In this document: one piece after another, positions 11,265 to 19,825 of the stretch
Numbering within the stretch: position 1 is the stretch's first letter
Layout: each line of letters begins with the position of its first letter
Assembly: GCA_033193195.1 (NCBI GenBank)
Contig: GCA_033193195.1_4326.1
Origin: a phage
Reading direction: 5' to 3' (one strand)
Length of the DNA stretch: 45,624 nucleotides
Translations under genes and position numbers: made by a program
The notes under the pieces: generated by a model
What the model saw: the letters and a program-made list of their open reading frames with translations, nothing else
Told to the model about the DNA's origin: nothing
Databases searched by the model: none

Positions 11265-11579
11265 TTAGTTTTTTACTCGCTGACCTGCTAGCGCTTTCAT
11301 GTAGCTATCCATCAGTGATGGAACGGCACCAGGGAAAAGGTTGGCAAACTCATCTACGTTCTCATCGGTAAATGGTTCTTCTAAATCCCAGTCAGAGCAG
11401 ATTTCGTTAATCAATTCTTTAGTGCTGAAGTTTTCACGATTAAGAATCTCCTGAAGTTCAGATGATTTCTTGTGCTTAACTGTTAGTACCACCTCTGCAT
11501 CTTCACCATTCGCTAACTGAAACTTAACCGGAAGTTTAAAGTCAGGCAGCGCCTTAAGTGAAAGTTTAAATTTTGCCAT
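11265..11579 (-). CDS. tail assembly chaperone G-like
   Basis: 104 aa acidic protein between major tail and tape measure; ends at slippery site. Confidence 0.65.
   Translation of the reverse strand: MAKFKLSLKALPDFKLPVKFQLANGEDAEVVLTVKHKKSSELQEILNRENFSTKELINEICSDWDLEEPFTDENVDEFANLFPGAVPSLMDSYMKALAGQRVKN
11268..11274 (-). other. -1 programmed frameshift slippery heptamer A_AAA_AAC
   Basis: minus-strand GTA AAA AAC TAA; -1 frame reads KKLKRAVYLQYQSPPTDAELEAIG then MKRSDYEGEE.. Confidence 0.6.
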
Positions 11580-11614
11580 CTCGTTATCTCCTTTGTTTGT
11601 GTTGAATGATTATA

Positions 11615-11863
11615 TTACTTTGATTCGTTTTTTACAATGTTGTGAGCAACTTCGGTGCACACCTCGCGACCATAATGCAGAATCTGATTTGTCTTATCGC
11701 CAGCTACTTTTTCACAATGAGAATATGCACTATTAAATTCATGTTCATACTTTATTGCATCAGAGTTTGCGGTTTCGCCACCAGTTGGGTTAACAATCTG
11801 AATTGCCAGGTAGAAAGCACCAAGAGCAGCAGCAAGTTTGATGATGTTTTTAACGTTGTTCAT
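11615..11863 (-). CDS. small secreted or membrane protein (moron-like insert)
   Basis: N-terminal hydrophobic signal-like segment; own family promoter upstream. Confidence 0.5.
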   Translation of the reverse strand: MNNVKNIIKLAAALGAFYLAIQIVNPTGGETANSDAIKYEHEFNSAYSHCEKVAGDKTNQILHYGREVCTEVAHNIVKNESK

Positions 11864-11896
11864 TTCACTAATATCTCATTTCGTTTCGATGAATGA

Positions 11897-11941
11897 ACTA
11901 TACAGCAATCCGCGATTTGGTCTTTAACAAAAAGTGCTATC
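11897..11941 (-). promoter_or_regulatory. family promoter for 11615..11863
   Basis: minus-strand GATAGCACTTTTTGTTAAAGAC, TATAGT -10, CATCGAAACGAAA leader. Confidence 0.55.
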
Positions 11942-11943
11942 AA

Positions 11944-11967
11944 TAAAAAACCCTCCGAAGAGGGTTT
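11944..11967 (-). terminator. rho-independent terminator after major tail gene
   Basis: AACCCTC-TTCGG-AGGGTT then T6 on minus strand. Confidence 0.7.
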
Positions 11968-11971
11968 ATAT

Positions 11972-12631
11972 TTATGCCAGTTCAGAAGCTACAGAACTCA
12001 ACCTACCACGGATAGATACCGCGATGGATACCGTTTCGATTTCGTTAACACCAATGCTTGGGGTGTCGTTGAAAGCGATAGTGCCAGACTGGAGACGCAT
12101 CTCTCTAGCTCGAGGTACGAACAGACGAATAGCAACAGTAGTACCAGTTTCGTCATAGTTACGCAGAATCGGATATATCGGGTTGGTGTATTCGTGCGCA
12201 AACGTGTAGGTGTTGGTTACCGCAGACTTATAAGTTGGAATCTGCTGCTCACGTTCATCAGATAAACACTGGAAGTTAACGAACTGCTGTTCGCCGCCAT
12301 CAGTGGATACGTCCTGAACACAAGGAACTTCAAACCAAGTAAGAATCTTAACAACTTCACCAGTTAAGCCAGCTGGGAACTTAGTGGTGTTGGAGGTATC
12401 AATACCTTCAACAGTTACGGTTGAACCAGATACCTCGGTAACGCGAACTTGCTTATCAGCCAGCAGGGTCGAAGCTGAGCTGGTAAATAGCAGGTAATCA
12501 CCGCGTGCAATATCAGCAACGCTGGACAAAGTTAAAACAGGAGTAACAGCATTGGAAATTGCAGTTACGTCAATAGTAGCTCCCCTGGAGCCTTCTACGA
12601 AGACCTGAGTGCCATTACTAAGATGGGCCAT
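11972..12631 (-). CDS. major tail protein
   Basis: 219 aa immediately upstream of G/G-T chaperones, followed by strong terminator. Confidence 0.65.
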   Translation of the reverse strand: MAHLSNGTQVFVEGSRGATIDVTAISNAVTPVLTLSSVADIARGDYLLFTSSASTLLADKQVRVTEVSGSTVTVEGIDTSNTTKFPAGLTGEVVKILTWFEVPCVQDVSTDGGEQQFVNFQCLSDEREQQIPTYKSAVTNTYTFAHEYTNPIYPILRNYDETGTTVAIRLFVPRAREMRLQSGTIAFNDTPSIGVNEIETVSIAVSIRGRLSSVASELA

Positions 12632-12642
12632 ATATTTTCCTT

Positions 12643-13041
12643 TTAGTCAAGACGAACATAGAAACGAACTGGAATAAACCAGCCAGATTTTGACTTCACT
12701 ACTGGGTGAACCACGCCGCCCTCATAAATGTAGCCTGTGTCAAGCATTGTACCATCAGTCATGGATTCTGCCAATTGATTAGCAACCCTCCTTGCACTGT
12801 CGACACCATCACCTGGTGAGAAAAAGACGGATACCTGAACCATGCCAACATAGTACTTACACTTGCGACTCAGGCTGTAGGTTACGGTATCTGCCTCTGT
12901 GTAATCGTATTTCAGCCACATACCACCATTATTGGGAGGAGAGAAGGCTACGTTTTCATAGGAAATTGGATACCTGACTGGAAACGTTTTAACCAAATCA
13001 GTCACAAACCTCCTTGCTGCTAAGGATAGCTCATACTGCAT
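12643..13041 (-). CDS. tail terminator protein (U-like), positional call
   Basis: gene order only. Confidence 0.4.
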   Translation of the reverse strand: MQYELSLAARRFVTDLVKTFPVRYPISYENVAFSPPNNGGMWLKYDYTEADTVTYSLSRKCKYYVGMVQVSVFFSPGDGVDSARRVANQLAESMTDGTMLDTGYIYEGGVVHPVVKSKSGWFIPVRFYVRLD

Positions 13042-13487
13042 TATCTTTTACTCCTTGCTTCGGCAACTGCCTCTTCGAAGTATCTTCCTAACCTGATATT
13101 CACAACGCCAAGGACACCTGCTGGAGCTTGTTGTGACGCTCCATACTCAAGGTCAGAGGCGTAATCAAGCCTGTTAGTTATGTAGATAACCTTTGTCGCT
13201 GGTGAATTAGCCACAGCTCGAGCTTGCCTTGCCAGATACCTTTTTGTATCTCCACCTGTTTTGTCGTAATCATTCAGAGACTGGGCGGCTGGGGAGTTCG
13301 CTGTAATCTGCCAGTTAGCCTTAAACCTACCAGTATCAACAGGCGATAAATCAACGATGGCGTTAGCAGCCTTAATTACAGTGCCAGAAACAATATCAGA
13401 GAAGTTATCATCAGCTCTATCAATCCAATCAGCAATACTATTCGTAAATGTAGCCAACCCACCAATATTTCTAGCCATAGGTAGCAA
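13041..13487 (-). CDS. tail completion protein (Z-like), positional call
   Basis: gene order only. Confidence 0.4.
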   Translation of the reverse strand: MLPMARNIGGLATFTNSIADWIDRADDNFSDIVSGTVIKAANAIVDLSPVDTGRFKANWQITANSPAAQSLNDYDKTGGDTKRYLARQARAVANSPATKVIYITNRLDYASDLEYGASQQAPAGVLGVVNIRLGRYFEEAVAEARSKR

Positions 13488-13854
13488 CCCTCCTTAGAAT
13501 TGGTCTGTAAGCCACTATAGTTCCTGTTGGTTTGACTGGCCTCGGGTCGACTACAGTGTAAGTTTCATCGTCAACTATAATCCTGTAGCCCTGCAAGATT
13601 GGGACTTCAGAAGTGAAAATTCCACGCTTGTCACCAAACTGGATATATTCGCCATCAATATCTCTGGTTTTAATCTCCCTCACCAGCCCCTTGATTAATG
13701 CAGTGCCGCCAGCTACAGGAACCTCAACGCCGTCAACAATTTCGACACCACCTTTACCAGTATTCATCGTGAATGTACCATCGCCATCACTAAAGATATT
13801 GATGCCCGTGCGCATTAATGATTCTACTTGGGAGTAATTCATTGGCAACCGCAC
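13471..13854 (-). CDS. head-tail joining protein, positional call
   Basis: gene order only. Confidence 0.4.
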   Translation of the reverse strand: MRLPMNYSQVESLMRTGINIFSDGDGTFTMNTGKGGVEIVDGVEVPVAGGTALIKGLVREIKTRDIDGEYIQFGDKRGIFTSEVPILQGYRIIVDDETYTVVDPRPVKPTGTIVAYRPILRRVATYG

Positions 13855-14249
13855 TCACGCCCAGCGGACGTAATCAAGCCAAATCCGCCGCCTTTCTTGC
13901 GCAGGAGATTCCAGTAAAGTCTGCCCCACGGCGTAGCTGTCAATGATGATTGAGTTTGCGAGGTGGATTCATAGCTGATAGAAAATTCACCGCTCAGGGA
14001 GTAACTTGCCACCTTCTTGCCATAATCATCCAGCGACTCATTCTGCTTAAGCGCGCCATCAAGAAAGGCAATGTGCAGAGTGTATAGCGACAGCGCTTTA
14101 TAAGCATCATCACCAAACTTACTGGTGCAGATGTATAGCTTAGCTAACTCAAGCCATACGTCCAGCGTTTCATCTGGAATATTCTTAAGAGCAGGAACCA
14201 GCGACTTCATAAAGGCTAATGCTTGTTCGTTCATAAAACCTCCATACAA
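13839..14249 (-). CDS. head completion / connector protein, positional call
   Basis: gene order only. Confidence 0.4.
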   Translation of the reverse strand: MYGGFMNEQALAFMKSLVPALKNIPDETLDVWLELAKLYICTSKFGDDAYKALSLYTLHIAFLDGALKQNESLDDYGKKVASYSLSGEFSISYESTSQTQSSLTATPWGRLYWNLLRKKGGGFGLITSAGRECGCQ

Positions 14250-14275
14250 AAACGGACGCCTAAGCGCCCATTTGG

Positions 14276-14521
14276 TTATTTATATTCCTGACCAGTCTGA
14301 GCTTCGTCAATGGTCTTCGGTTCTTTGCGTTTTTTCTTACTGTTGATTTCCTGCGCCACTTCTTTAGTTGCCTTGTAGTCACCTTCAATAGCGAGCTTGC
14401 CTTCAGCAATCAGGCGCTTAAGTCCATCACAAAGTTCATTTGCTTCAATTGTGTCGCCTGGTAAGTATTTGGCACCATTATAAACAATCATGCATGCGCC
14501 AGTGTGTTCTAACTTAATCAT
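14276..14521 (-). CDS. hypothetical protein (head-proximal)
   Basis: 81 aa ORF in operon context. Confidence 0.4.
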   Translation of the reverse strand: MIKLEHTGACMIVYNGAKYLPGDTIEANELCDGLKRLIAEGKLAIEGDYKATKEVAQEINSKKKRKEPKTIDEAQTGQEYK

Positions 14522-14584
14522 TACTTGCTCCTTTGTTTATCTGATTTATTGATTATAACCCAACAGTTCCATTTGGTACAGATG

Positions 14585-14609
14585 TAAAAAAAGCCCTCTT
14601 AGGAGGGCG
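14585..14609 (-). terminator. rho-independent terminator after major capsid gene
   Basis: GCCCTC-CTAA-GAGGGC followed by T7 on minus strand. Confidence 0.75.
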
Positions 14610-14614
14610 ATTCA

Positions 14615-15562
14615 TTACTCAGTAAAGGTAATGCCTTTGATTACTGCGAAAGTTAGAGGCCTATAAATAACCAAGCCTGTGGACTTGGAAGTTACAGGGA
14701 ATCGGAAGTGCAAGTCGCGCGGCTGAGCAGGTAACACGTTAGTCGCTTCTGGAATCTCAATACTAGCATTTAATGCGTTCTTCTCAAATGCCAGTGCAGC
14801 TTTTCCATTTGCGCCATCGTAGTTATCCAGGACCTGCATGTAGCGCAAGGTGATACCTGGGTTATTGCGAGTAAATAACTCACCATAGCTTAAGGTTGTA
14901 TTATCAACCAGTCGCTGCATGTAGCGGCGAGCAGATGCTGGCAACAGAATGTCAGTTACATGGTGCAATCCTTGAGTACTGTTCTCAACCGCGTCAATCA
15001 TTGCGGTAATGTCGTTAACTGCGTTTTGCGGAACGCTCCAATTATGGGTTGCAACTACGTTGTTAATATTCGGATGGTTAAAAACACTTACGATTCCGTG
15101 CGGAGAAGAGCCGGACCATACCAGTTTATCGAGCAGGTTGTCGTGAGCCTCGAAAGCCAGAGCCTGTTTACGAGCAGACAATGGCTGACCAGTATCTGCG
15201 CCAACTTTAATCTCATCAACTGAGATCATAAACGCGTTACCAAAGCGGAATACTTTACCCTGCTTCTCTGTCATGAGCGCATCAACCAACGGCAGGTCGT
15301 CAGAGTAATCAGAGATAATCTGAGCAATACCAACACCATCAAACTCTGGATACTCGAAGTACTTCGCGTGACCAGGGATTTCATTGGTTACAGGAAAGAT
15401 ATTAACAACTGAGTTATCTGAGTATTCTTGTTCGTAAGCGCGATTCAGTGATGCGGTTAACTGCTTAACGGTCCAGATACCAGCAGCATCAGCCTTATCT
15501 ACACCCATTTGCTCAAGGTGAGCGGTGATTTTTGCTTGTTCTGCATCAAATTTAATGGCCAT
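14615..15562 (-). CDS. major capsid protein
   Basis: 315 aa, position after scaffold and decoration-like genes, strong terminator downstream. Confidence 0.7.
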   Translation of the reverse strand: MAIKFDAEQAKITAHLEQMGVDKADAAGIWTVKQLTASLNRAYEQEYSDNSVVNIFPVTNEIPGHAKYFEYPEFDGVGIAQIISDYSDDLPLVDALMTEKQGKVFRFGNAFMISVDEIKVGADTGQPLSARKQALAFEAHDNLLDKLVWSGSSPHGIVSVFNHPNINNVVATHNWSVPQNAVNDITAMIDAVENSTQGLHHVTDILLPASARRYMQRLVDNTTLSYGELFTRNNPGITLRYMQVLDNYDGANGKAALAFEKNALNASIEIPEATNVLPAQPRDLHFRFPVTSKSTGLVIYRPLTFAVIKGITFTE

Positions 15563-15670
15563 TCTTGTTTATTCCTTTTCAGTTAGGTATGTGCGAGTCA
15601 ATTATACACGACTTTGTGGTTGTTACAATAGCATCATACATGAGGATTAAATCTGGATGGCAAAAGACAC

Positions 15671-15693
15671 AAAAAACCTCCCGAAGGAGGCTT
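15671..15693 (-). terminator. rho-independent terminator
   Basis: CCTCC-TTCG-GGAGG then T6 on minus strand. Confidence 0.65.
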
Positions 15694-15711
15694 GTTTAAT
15701 TAATGATAATC

Positions 15712-16209
15712 TTACCTCTGCTTAACCTGAACTTCTACCAGAGGACCATCAACGATATCACCTTGAGTTGGCATTGCGCCATCTGCGGTTGCTGCGGGAA
15801 TGAATCCGCCAGCGAATGTCCAGCCAGTTGCCACGCTGCCAGCTTCTGTGTCTGCAACAACTACGCCAGTTGAATTCACAAAAACGGCAGTACCTAATTT
15901 TGGCGCTACTGTAAGGTTAGTGCGCATCCAGATTCGGCCAGCGGTCATTACGTTAACAGCCTCTTTCACTTTAGCGGTGCCATCTGGAGTCTCGTAATGA
16001 GAACGAACAACTACGCCACAAGCCGAGTTTGCATCAATACCAGTTGCAATAACGGATTTGTGACCATCAACTAACGATTCTAGCGTAGATACTTTAACAG
16101 CTACACCAACAGGAATTGCAGTGGCACCGCCAACTACACACGCGCCATCGATATTATACAGGGAGGTATCAGATATCATACCAGCCAGTGCTACAGAACG
16201 AATTGCCAT
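15712..16209 (-). CDS. head decoration-like protein (positional call)
   Basis: Gly/Ala/Val-rich 165 aa between scaffold and capsid genes. Confidence 0.4.
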   Translation of the reverse strand: MAIRSVALAGMISDTSLYNIDGACVVGGATAIPVGVAVKVSTLESLVDGHKSVIATGIDANSACGVVVRSHYETPDGTAKVKEAVNVMTAGRIWMRTNLTVAPKLGTAVFVNSTGVVVADTEAGSVATGWTFAGGFIPAATADGAMPTQGDIVDGPLVEVQVKQR

Positions 16210-16220
16210 TATCTATCTCC

Positions 16221-17342
16221 TTACTTTTTAATTTTTGCTAAACGAGCGCGCGGGTCTAATTTCTTAGGTGCGTCGGCAGCATCAGATTTGTAGGAAGCTG
16301 CGGTTGCCTTGCGAACTTCAGCCATTTTATCAGAATCTTTGGCAATGTCGAACGCTGCGTCGATGTATGCGTCGGACTTCTCGGAAACATCAAGGCCGGA
16401 AACTTCTTTAACGTATGCTGCTTTTATATCTTTAGCTTCCAGACCATCAGTCTTAACGCCAACCTCTGCGGCTACGGCAACCAGAGCGGCAAGCGCTTCA
16501 GCATCAGCTTTAGCGGCTTTGACTGCTTTCTCGATTTCAGCAGGCATTGCGTCCACCTTGGCTTTCAGTGCATCACGCTCAGCTTCAATGGAGTCAACCT
16601 TAGCTTTCTGTGCTTCAACAGCGGAGTTAATCTTGGAGATGTGGTCTGCAACTTCTTTGGACACCTCAACTTCAACAGAGTCAATCTTAATCTTAACTGT
16701 CATTTTGTTTTCCTTAGTATTTAAATCAACGTTGTCAGTATACGGGTTTTCTTGCTGCCCGTCCATATTTAGCTTAGCAATTCCAGCCCTACCCCTGAAG
16801 ACCATAGCTAAATGGTTTACCTTAATGTCTCTCTGGATTGCGTCGAACTCTTGCCAGTCAGTGGGTATATCCAAACCCTGCGTGTTGTCAGTCCTAAGAA
16901 TGTACTTACCAGTTGCCGGGTCGCCCCAACCTGGAGTTTCATCAAGAACTGCCGAGTAACCTACAGATAATTCCTTAGCGTTACCTGAGCGAGCCTCGTC
17001 AATAGCTTCTTGAGAGTATACGACAATTGGCGCAATTACCGTACTTCCTAGAGCCTCAGCTTTACCAGTTACCGAGCCGACCACTACGTCTTTAGCGTTA
17101 TCGGAGTTTACAAAGACGTGGTCAAGAGTCATTGGCTTACCCTGGTAACTGGCTAGCGACTCCTCTTTGAAGACTTCTTCTGCTGGCCTGAACTCTCGAA
17201 CAGTCGAACCGTCCTCTGTGAAATAAACCTGCACACCAACCCTTGCTACTACTGGCGTATCTACGAGAAAACCATTCTCGTCAATGGTGGCTTTGAATGT
17301 TGCTGTATCAAAGCGATTCTTATACATCCCAATTCTCCTCAC
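16221..17342 (-). CDS. scaffolding protein (possibly with N-terminal protease-like domain)
   Basis: C-terminal Ala/Lys/Glu-rich coiled-coil-like half; position after portal/minor head. Confidence 0.5.
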   Translation of the reverse strand: MRRIGMYKNRFDTATFKATIDENGFLVDTPVVARVGVQVYFTEDGSTVREFRPAEEVFKEESLASYQGKPMTLDHVFVNSDNAKDVVVGSVTGKAEALGSTVIAPIVVYSQEAIDEARSGNAKELSVGYSAVLDETPGWGDPATGKYILRTDNTQGLDIPTDWQEFDAIQRDIKVNHLAMVFRGRAGIAKLNMDGQQENPYTDNVDLNTKENKMTVKIKIDSVEVEVSKEVADHISKINSAVEAQKAKVDSIEAERDALKAKVDAMPAEIEKAVKAAKADAEALAALVAVAAEVGVKTDGLEAKDIKAAYVKEVSGLDVSEKSDAYIDAAFDIAKDSDKMAEVRKATAASYKSDAADAPKKLDPRARLAKIKK

Positions 17343-17375
17343 TAAAATCCATCGAATTCATCTTTCATCCTCATG

Positions 17376-18104
17376 TTATGACTCCCAATCCGGCACAGCC
17401 CAACAACGACAGCCGTATTCCTGACCAGGGAAGAGATCGTTACCGCCCAACCTGAAGCTTAGGCCCTCTTTCTTGAAATGGGTCATTCGCTCCCTTTCAT
17501 CAAGCATGCCGTGCCAAATGTAATGGGTAACACCAGCATCCTCTAGCCTCCTGCGCATGAACGTAGAGTTAATACTGGACGTGATGCCTGAGGCTATATT
17601 AGCAGTTCTCTTGCGGTAAATCTTGTACCTTTCGTTAATCTTAAGGTAGTCACCACTCTGTATGATTGATGCAGACTGAATAAAGTCGTCCTTGATATTG
17701 TTGAGTAACTTTTCAACGGACTTATTTGATGTGTAAAGCCACTGGTTTAAATCCGGCTGATACCAATCTTCATCTCCATTTATACCGTTAAGTCTCAAGT
17801 CCATAACTGACTGAACCGAGCCGCCACCGGTCTTGATTGCCAGCACAAGAAACTGCGATGAATTATACCTGTATATTGACGCTCCAATTGCCGGAAGTGT
17901 AGCTACAACAGAAGCTATAAGCGCTGCTATGATTGCGTCGAGATAATTATCTTCCTGCTCTAGCTCCTCGGCAGTGTCAATCTTAAGCCGCGTAGCTGAT
18001 TCTTTCATTGCAGATATTAGCTCAGTTACCGCAACGCTAAGGTTGCGGTTTACCTGATTCTCAATTGTCTGCGGGTACTTCCAGCGGGTCTTCACTGGTT
18101 TCAT
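17376..18104 (-). CDS. minor head / head morphogenesis protein
   Basis: position directly after portal gene. Confidence 0.45.
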   Translation of the reverse strand: MKPVKTRWKYPQTIENQVNRNLSVAVTELISAMKESATRLKIDTAEELEQEDNYLDAIIAALIASVVATLPAIGASIYRYNSSQFLVLAIKTGGGSVQSVMDLRLNGINGDEDWYQPDLNQWLYTSNKSVEKLLNNIKDDFIQSASIIQSGDYLKINERYKIYRKRTANIASGITSSINSTFMRRRLEDAGVTHYIWHGMLDERERMTHFKKEGLSFRLGGNDLFPGQEYGCRCWAVPDWES

Positions 18105-19365
18105 TGATTGTTACCTCTGTCTCAATTGAACCGTCACCAATCTTAACCTCAGGGGCTAATGCGCGCAAGGTATCTCGTGCTTCGTCTGCATCCATCACGC
18201 CGTTAGTGATAAGAGCAGTAATTGAATCAACGTTATTCTTCAGTGTTTCAGCGCGGTCTTTCTTCGATTCCTGAGCTAGAGGGTTAAACTCAACTGACCA
18301 TTCTTGCTCGGTTGTGATGAACGGGATTAAGAACCCAAGAACTGGAAGTAGCTCTTCGTTACGCTTGCGGTCAATCAACTTATGGAATGTCTCTAGCGCT
18401 GTGTTTTGGCTAGATGATAACCCGCCAACGTTACGACCCTTGAGAATGATTTCATGGATACCGCTCAGAGCAACAATTCTGTCGAACTTCTTATCGAGGA
18501 ATCCATCAATCCCACCAATATCCGAGTTAAGAACGCTGTACTCTTCAGCTTCAGCGTCGATACCAATCGCGCGACCAACGCCAGAGTTATCATCAACCTG
18601 GGCAAGCCTCAACCTGGCCGCACCAAAACCTTCCGCGTCGTCACACAGTTCAGCAAGGCCTTTAGCCTTCCACACCGCCTGCTGCTTGCGGCGCAATAAC
18701 TGAGTTGCCAGTTTCTCACACGTCTGATAATCCTTGATTGATTCAAGCAGGTCAGGAACCAGAACGCTAGCACCCCACCCGTCATTACCGCGACGCAATG
18801 AACTAGGAATCTTCTCGCCATCCATAATGTGAACTCGCGAGTAGTGCACATCATAAAACATGGCGCCACCTTCTGGCGTGATGCGGTACGTTAATGGCTT
18901 ACCGAATCGCACATTGCGAGGGTTTTCCTCCTTAGTCTGAACTCTTACCTGGCTACGCTCATAAACGCGAAGTGATTCAAGTTCCGCGCCTTCACGTACC
19001 GGGCTGGTTAGCGCACGATTGTCCTTAACGATAGCCACAATTGCAGAGCCGCCAAATAACCTCGCCCATGACCATGCGTCAGAGATTGACTCGTTAACCT
19101 TCAGGTAATCCCACCTGGACCAGAATTCACCTTCGTCATCAATACCATCGATATGGAAACCTGCGGCGATTGCTGTCTCCGGTATGGTGTCGACGATGCG
19201 GCGTACAATTGAGTTTGATGCGTACAGTGAATCAGCGAAAGGAGGTGTAAGATACGTGTTGCCAAAGTGCCCGTAAATCTCGCTACCATCACTGGGGCCA
19301 CCAAGAAATTGCGTGGCGTATGAATCTGCTTTTACCATTTTATTTGCTCCAATAAAAAGCCCCAT
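18061..19365 (-). CDS. portal protein
   Basis: 434 aa, downstream of terminase large subunit in packaging module. Confidence 0.7.
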   Translation of the reverse strand: MGLFIGANKMVKADSYATQFLGGPSDGSEIYGHFGNTYLTPPFADSLYASNSIVRRIVDTIPETAIAAGFHIDGIDDEGEFWSRWDYLKVNESISDAWSWARLFGGSAIVAIVKDNRALTSPVREGAELESLRVYERSQVRVQTKEENPRNVRFGKPLTYRITPEGGAMFYDVHYSRVHIMDGEKIPSSLRRGNDGWGASVLVPDLLESIKDYQTCEKLATQLLRRKQQAVWKAKGLAELCDDAEGFGAARLRLAQVDDNSGVGRAIGIDAEAEEYSVLNSDIGGIDGFLDKKFDRIVALSGIHEIILKGRNVGGLSSSQNTALETFHKLIDRKRNEELLPVLGFLIPFITTEQEWSVEFNPLAQESKKDRAETLKNNVDSITALITNGVMDADEARDTLRALAPEVKIGDGSIETEVTINETSEDPLEVPADN

Positions 19366-19376
19366 TTAGGGGCTTA
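19352..19376 (-). terminator. rho-independent terminator
   Basis: AGCCCC-TAAAT-GGGGCT then T5 on minus strand. Confidence 0.55.
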
Positions 19377-19396
19377 GTTTAGCATAGCTTTTATGG

Positions 19397-19750
19397 TTAC
19401 TCGAATTTTACTTCGAAATTGATTGATGATGTTTTCACTCCATTAAGTGTTAACTGGCGAACCTCCCTTCTGACTTCATAAAATGCCTCTTTAGTTACTA
19501 TGTTTTTGTTGATGAAGTATTTAATCCCAGCCTTTTCAACTTTAAAATTATCACCTTTAACGACAAAATCGGTAGGCTCTATAACTTCGAAATCATAAAC
19601 ACTAAGATTAATTACGCCAAAATAGCCTTTATCATCCTTAACTTTGACGTATTCATTATTACTTCCAGACGTTCTTGATAAGTCATAAATCTTACCAACG
19701 GTAAACTCAAAATAACCATCTTTTTTATACCCTTTAAATACTGCTTTCAT
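19397..19750 (-). CDS. hypothetical protein
   Basis: 117 aa with own family promoter upstream. Confidence 0.5.
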   Translation of the reverse strand: MKAVFKGYKKDGYFEFTVGKIYDLSRTSGSNNEYVKVKDDKGYFGVINLSVYDFEVIEPTDFVVKGDNFKVEKAGIKYFINKNIVTKEAFYEVRREVRQLTLNGVKTSSINFEVKFE

Positions 19751-19779
19751 TTTTTTACTCCTCTCGTTTGCGTGAAGTA

Positions 19780-19825
19780 ACTATAATCCATCCTTGGCGG
19801 AGTGTCTTTAGCAAAACGTGCTATT
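19780..19825 (-). promoter_or_regulatory. family promoter for 19397..19750
   Basis: minus-strand AATAGCACGTTTTGCTAAAGAC, TATAGT -10 22 nt downstream. Confidence 0.55.

Noticed and set aside
16309-16959. Long antisense ORFs inside structural genes (for example 16309..16959, 8699..8962, 9112..9711, 18314..18703)
   Set aside because: They are embedded opposite strongly supported structural genes, have biased Ser/Ala/Leu-rich composition typical of antisense frames, and lack start signals.
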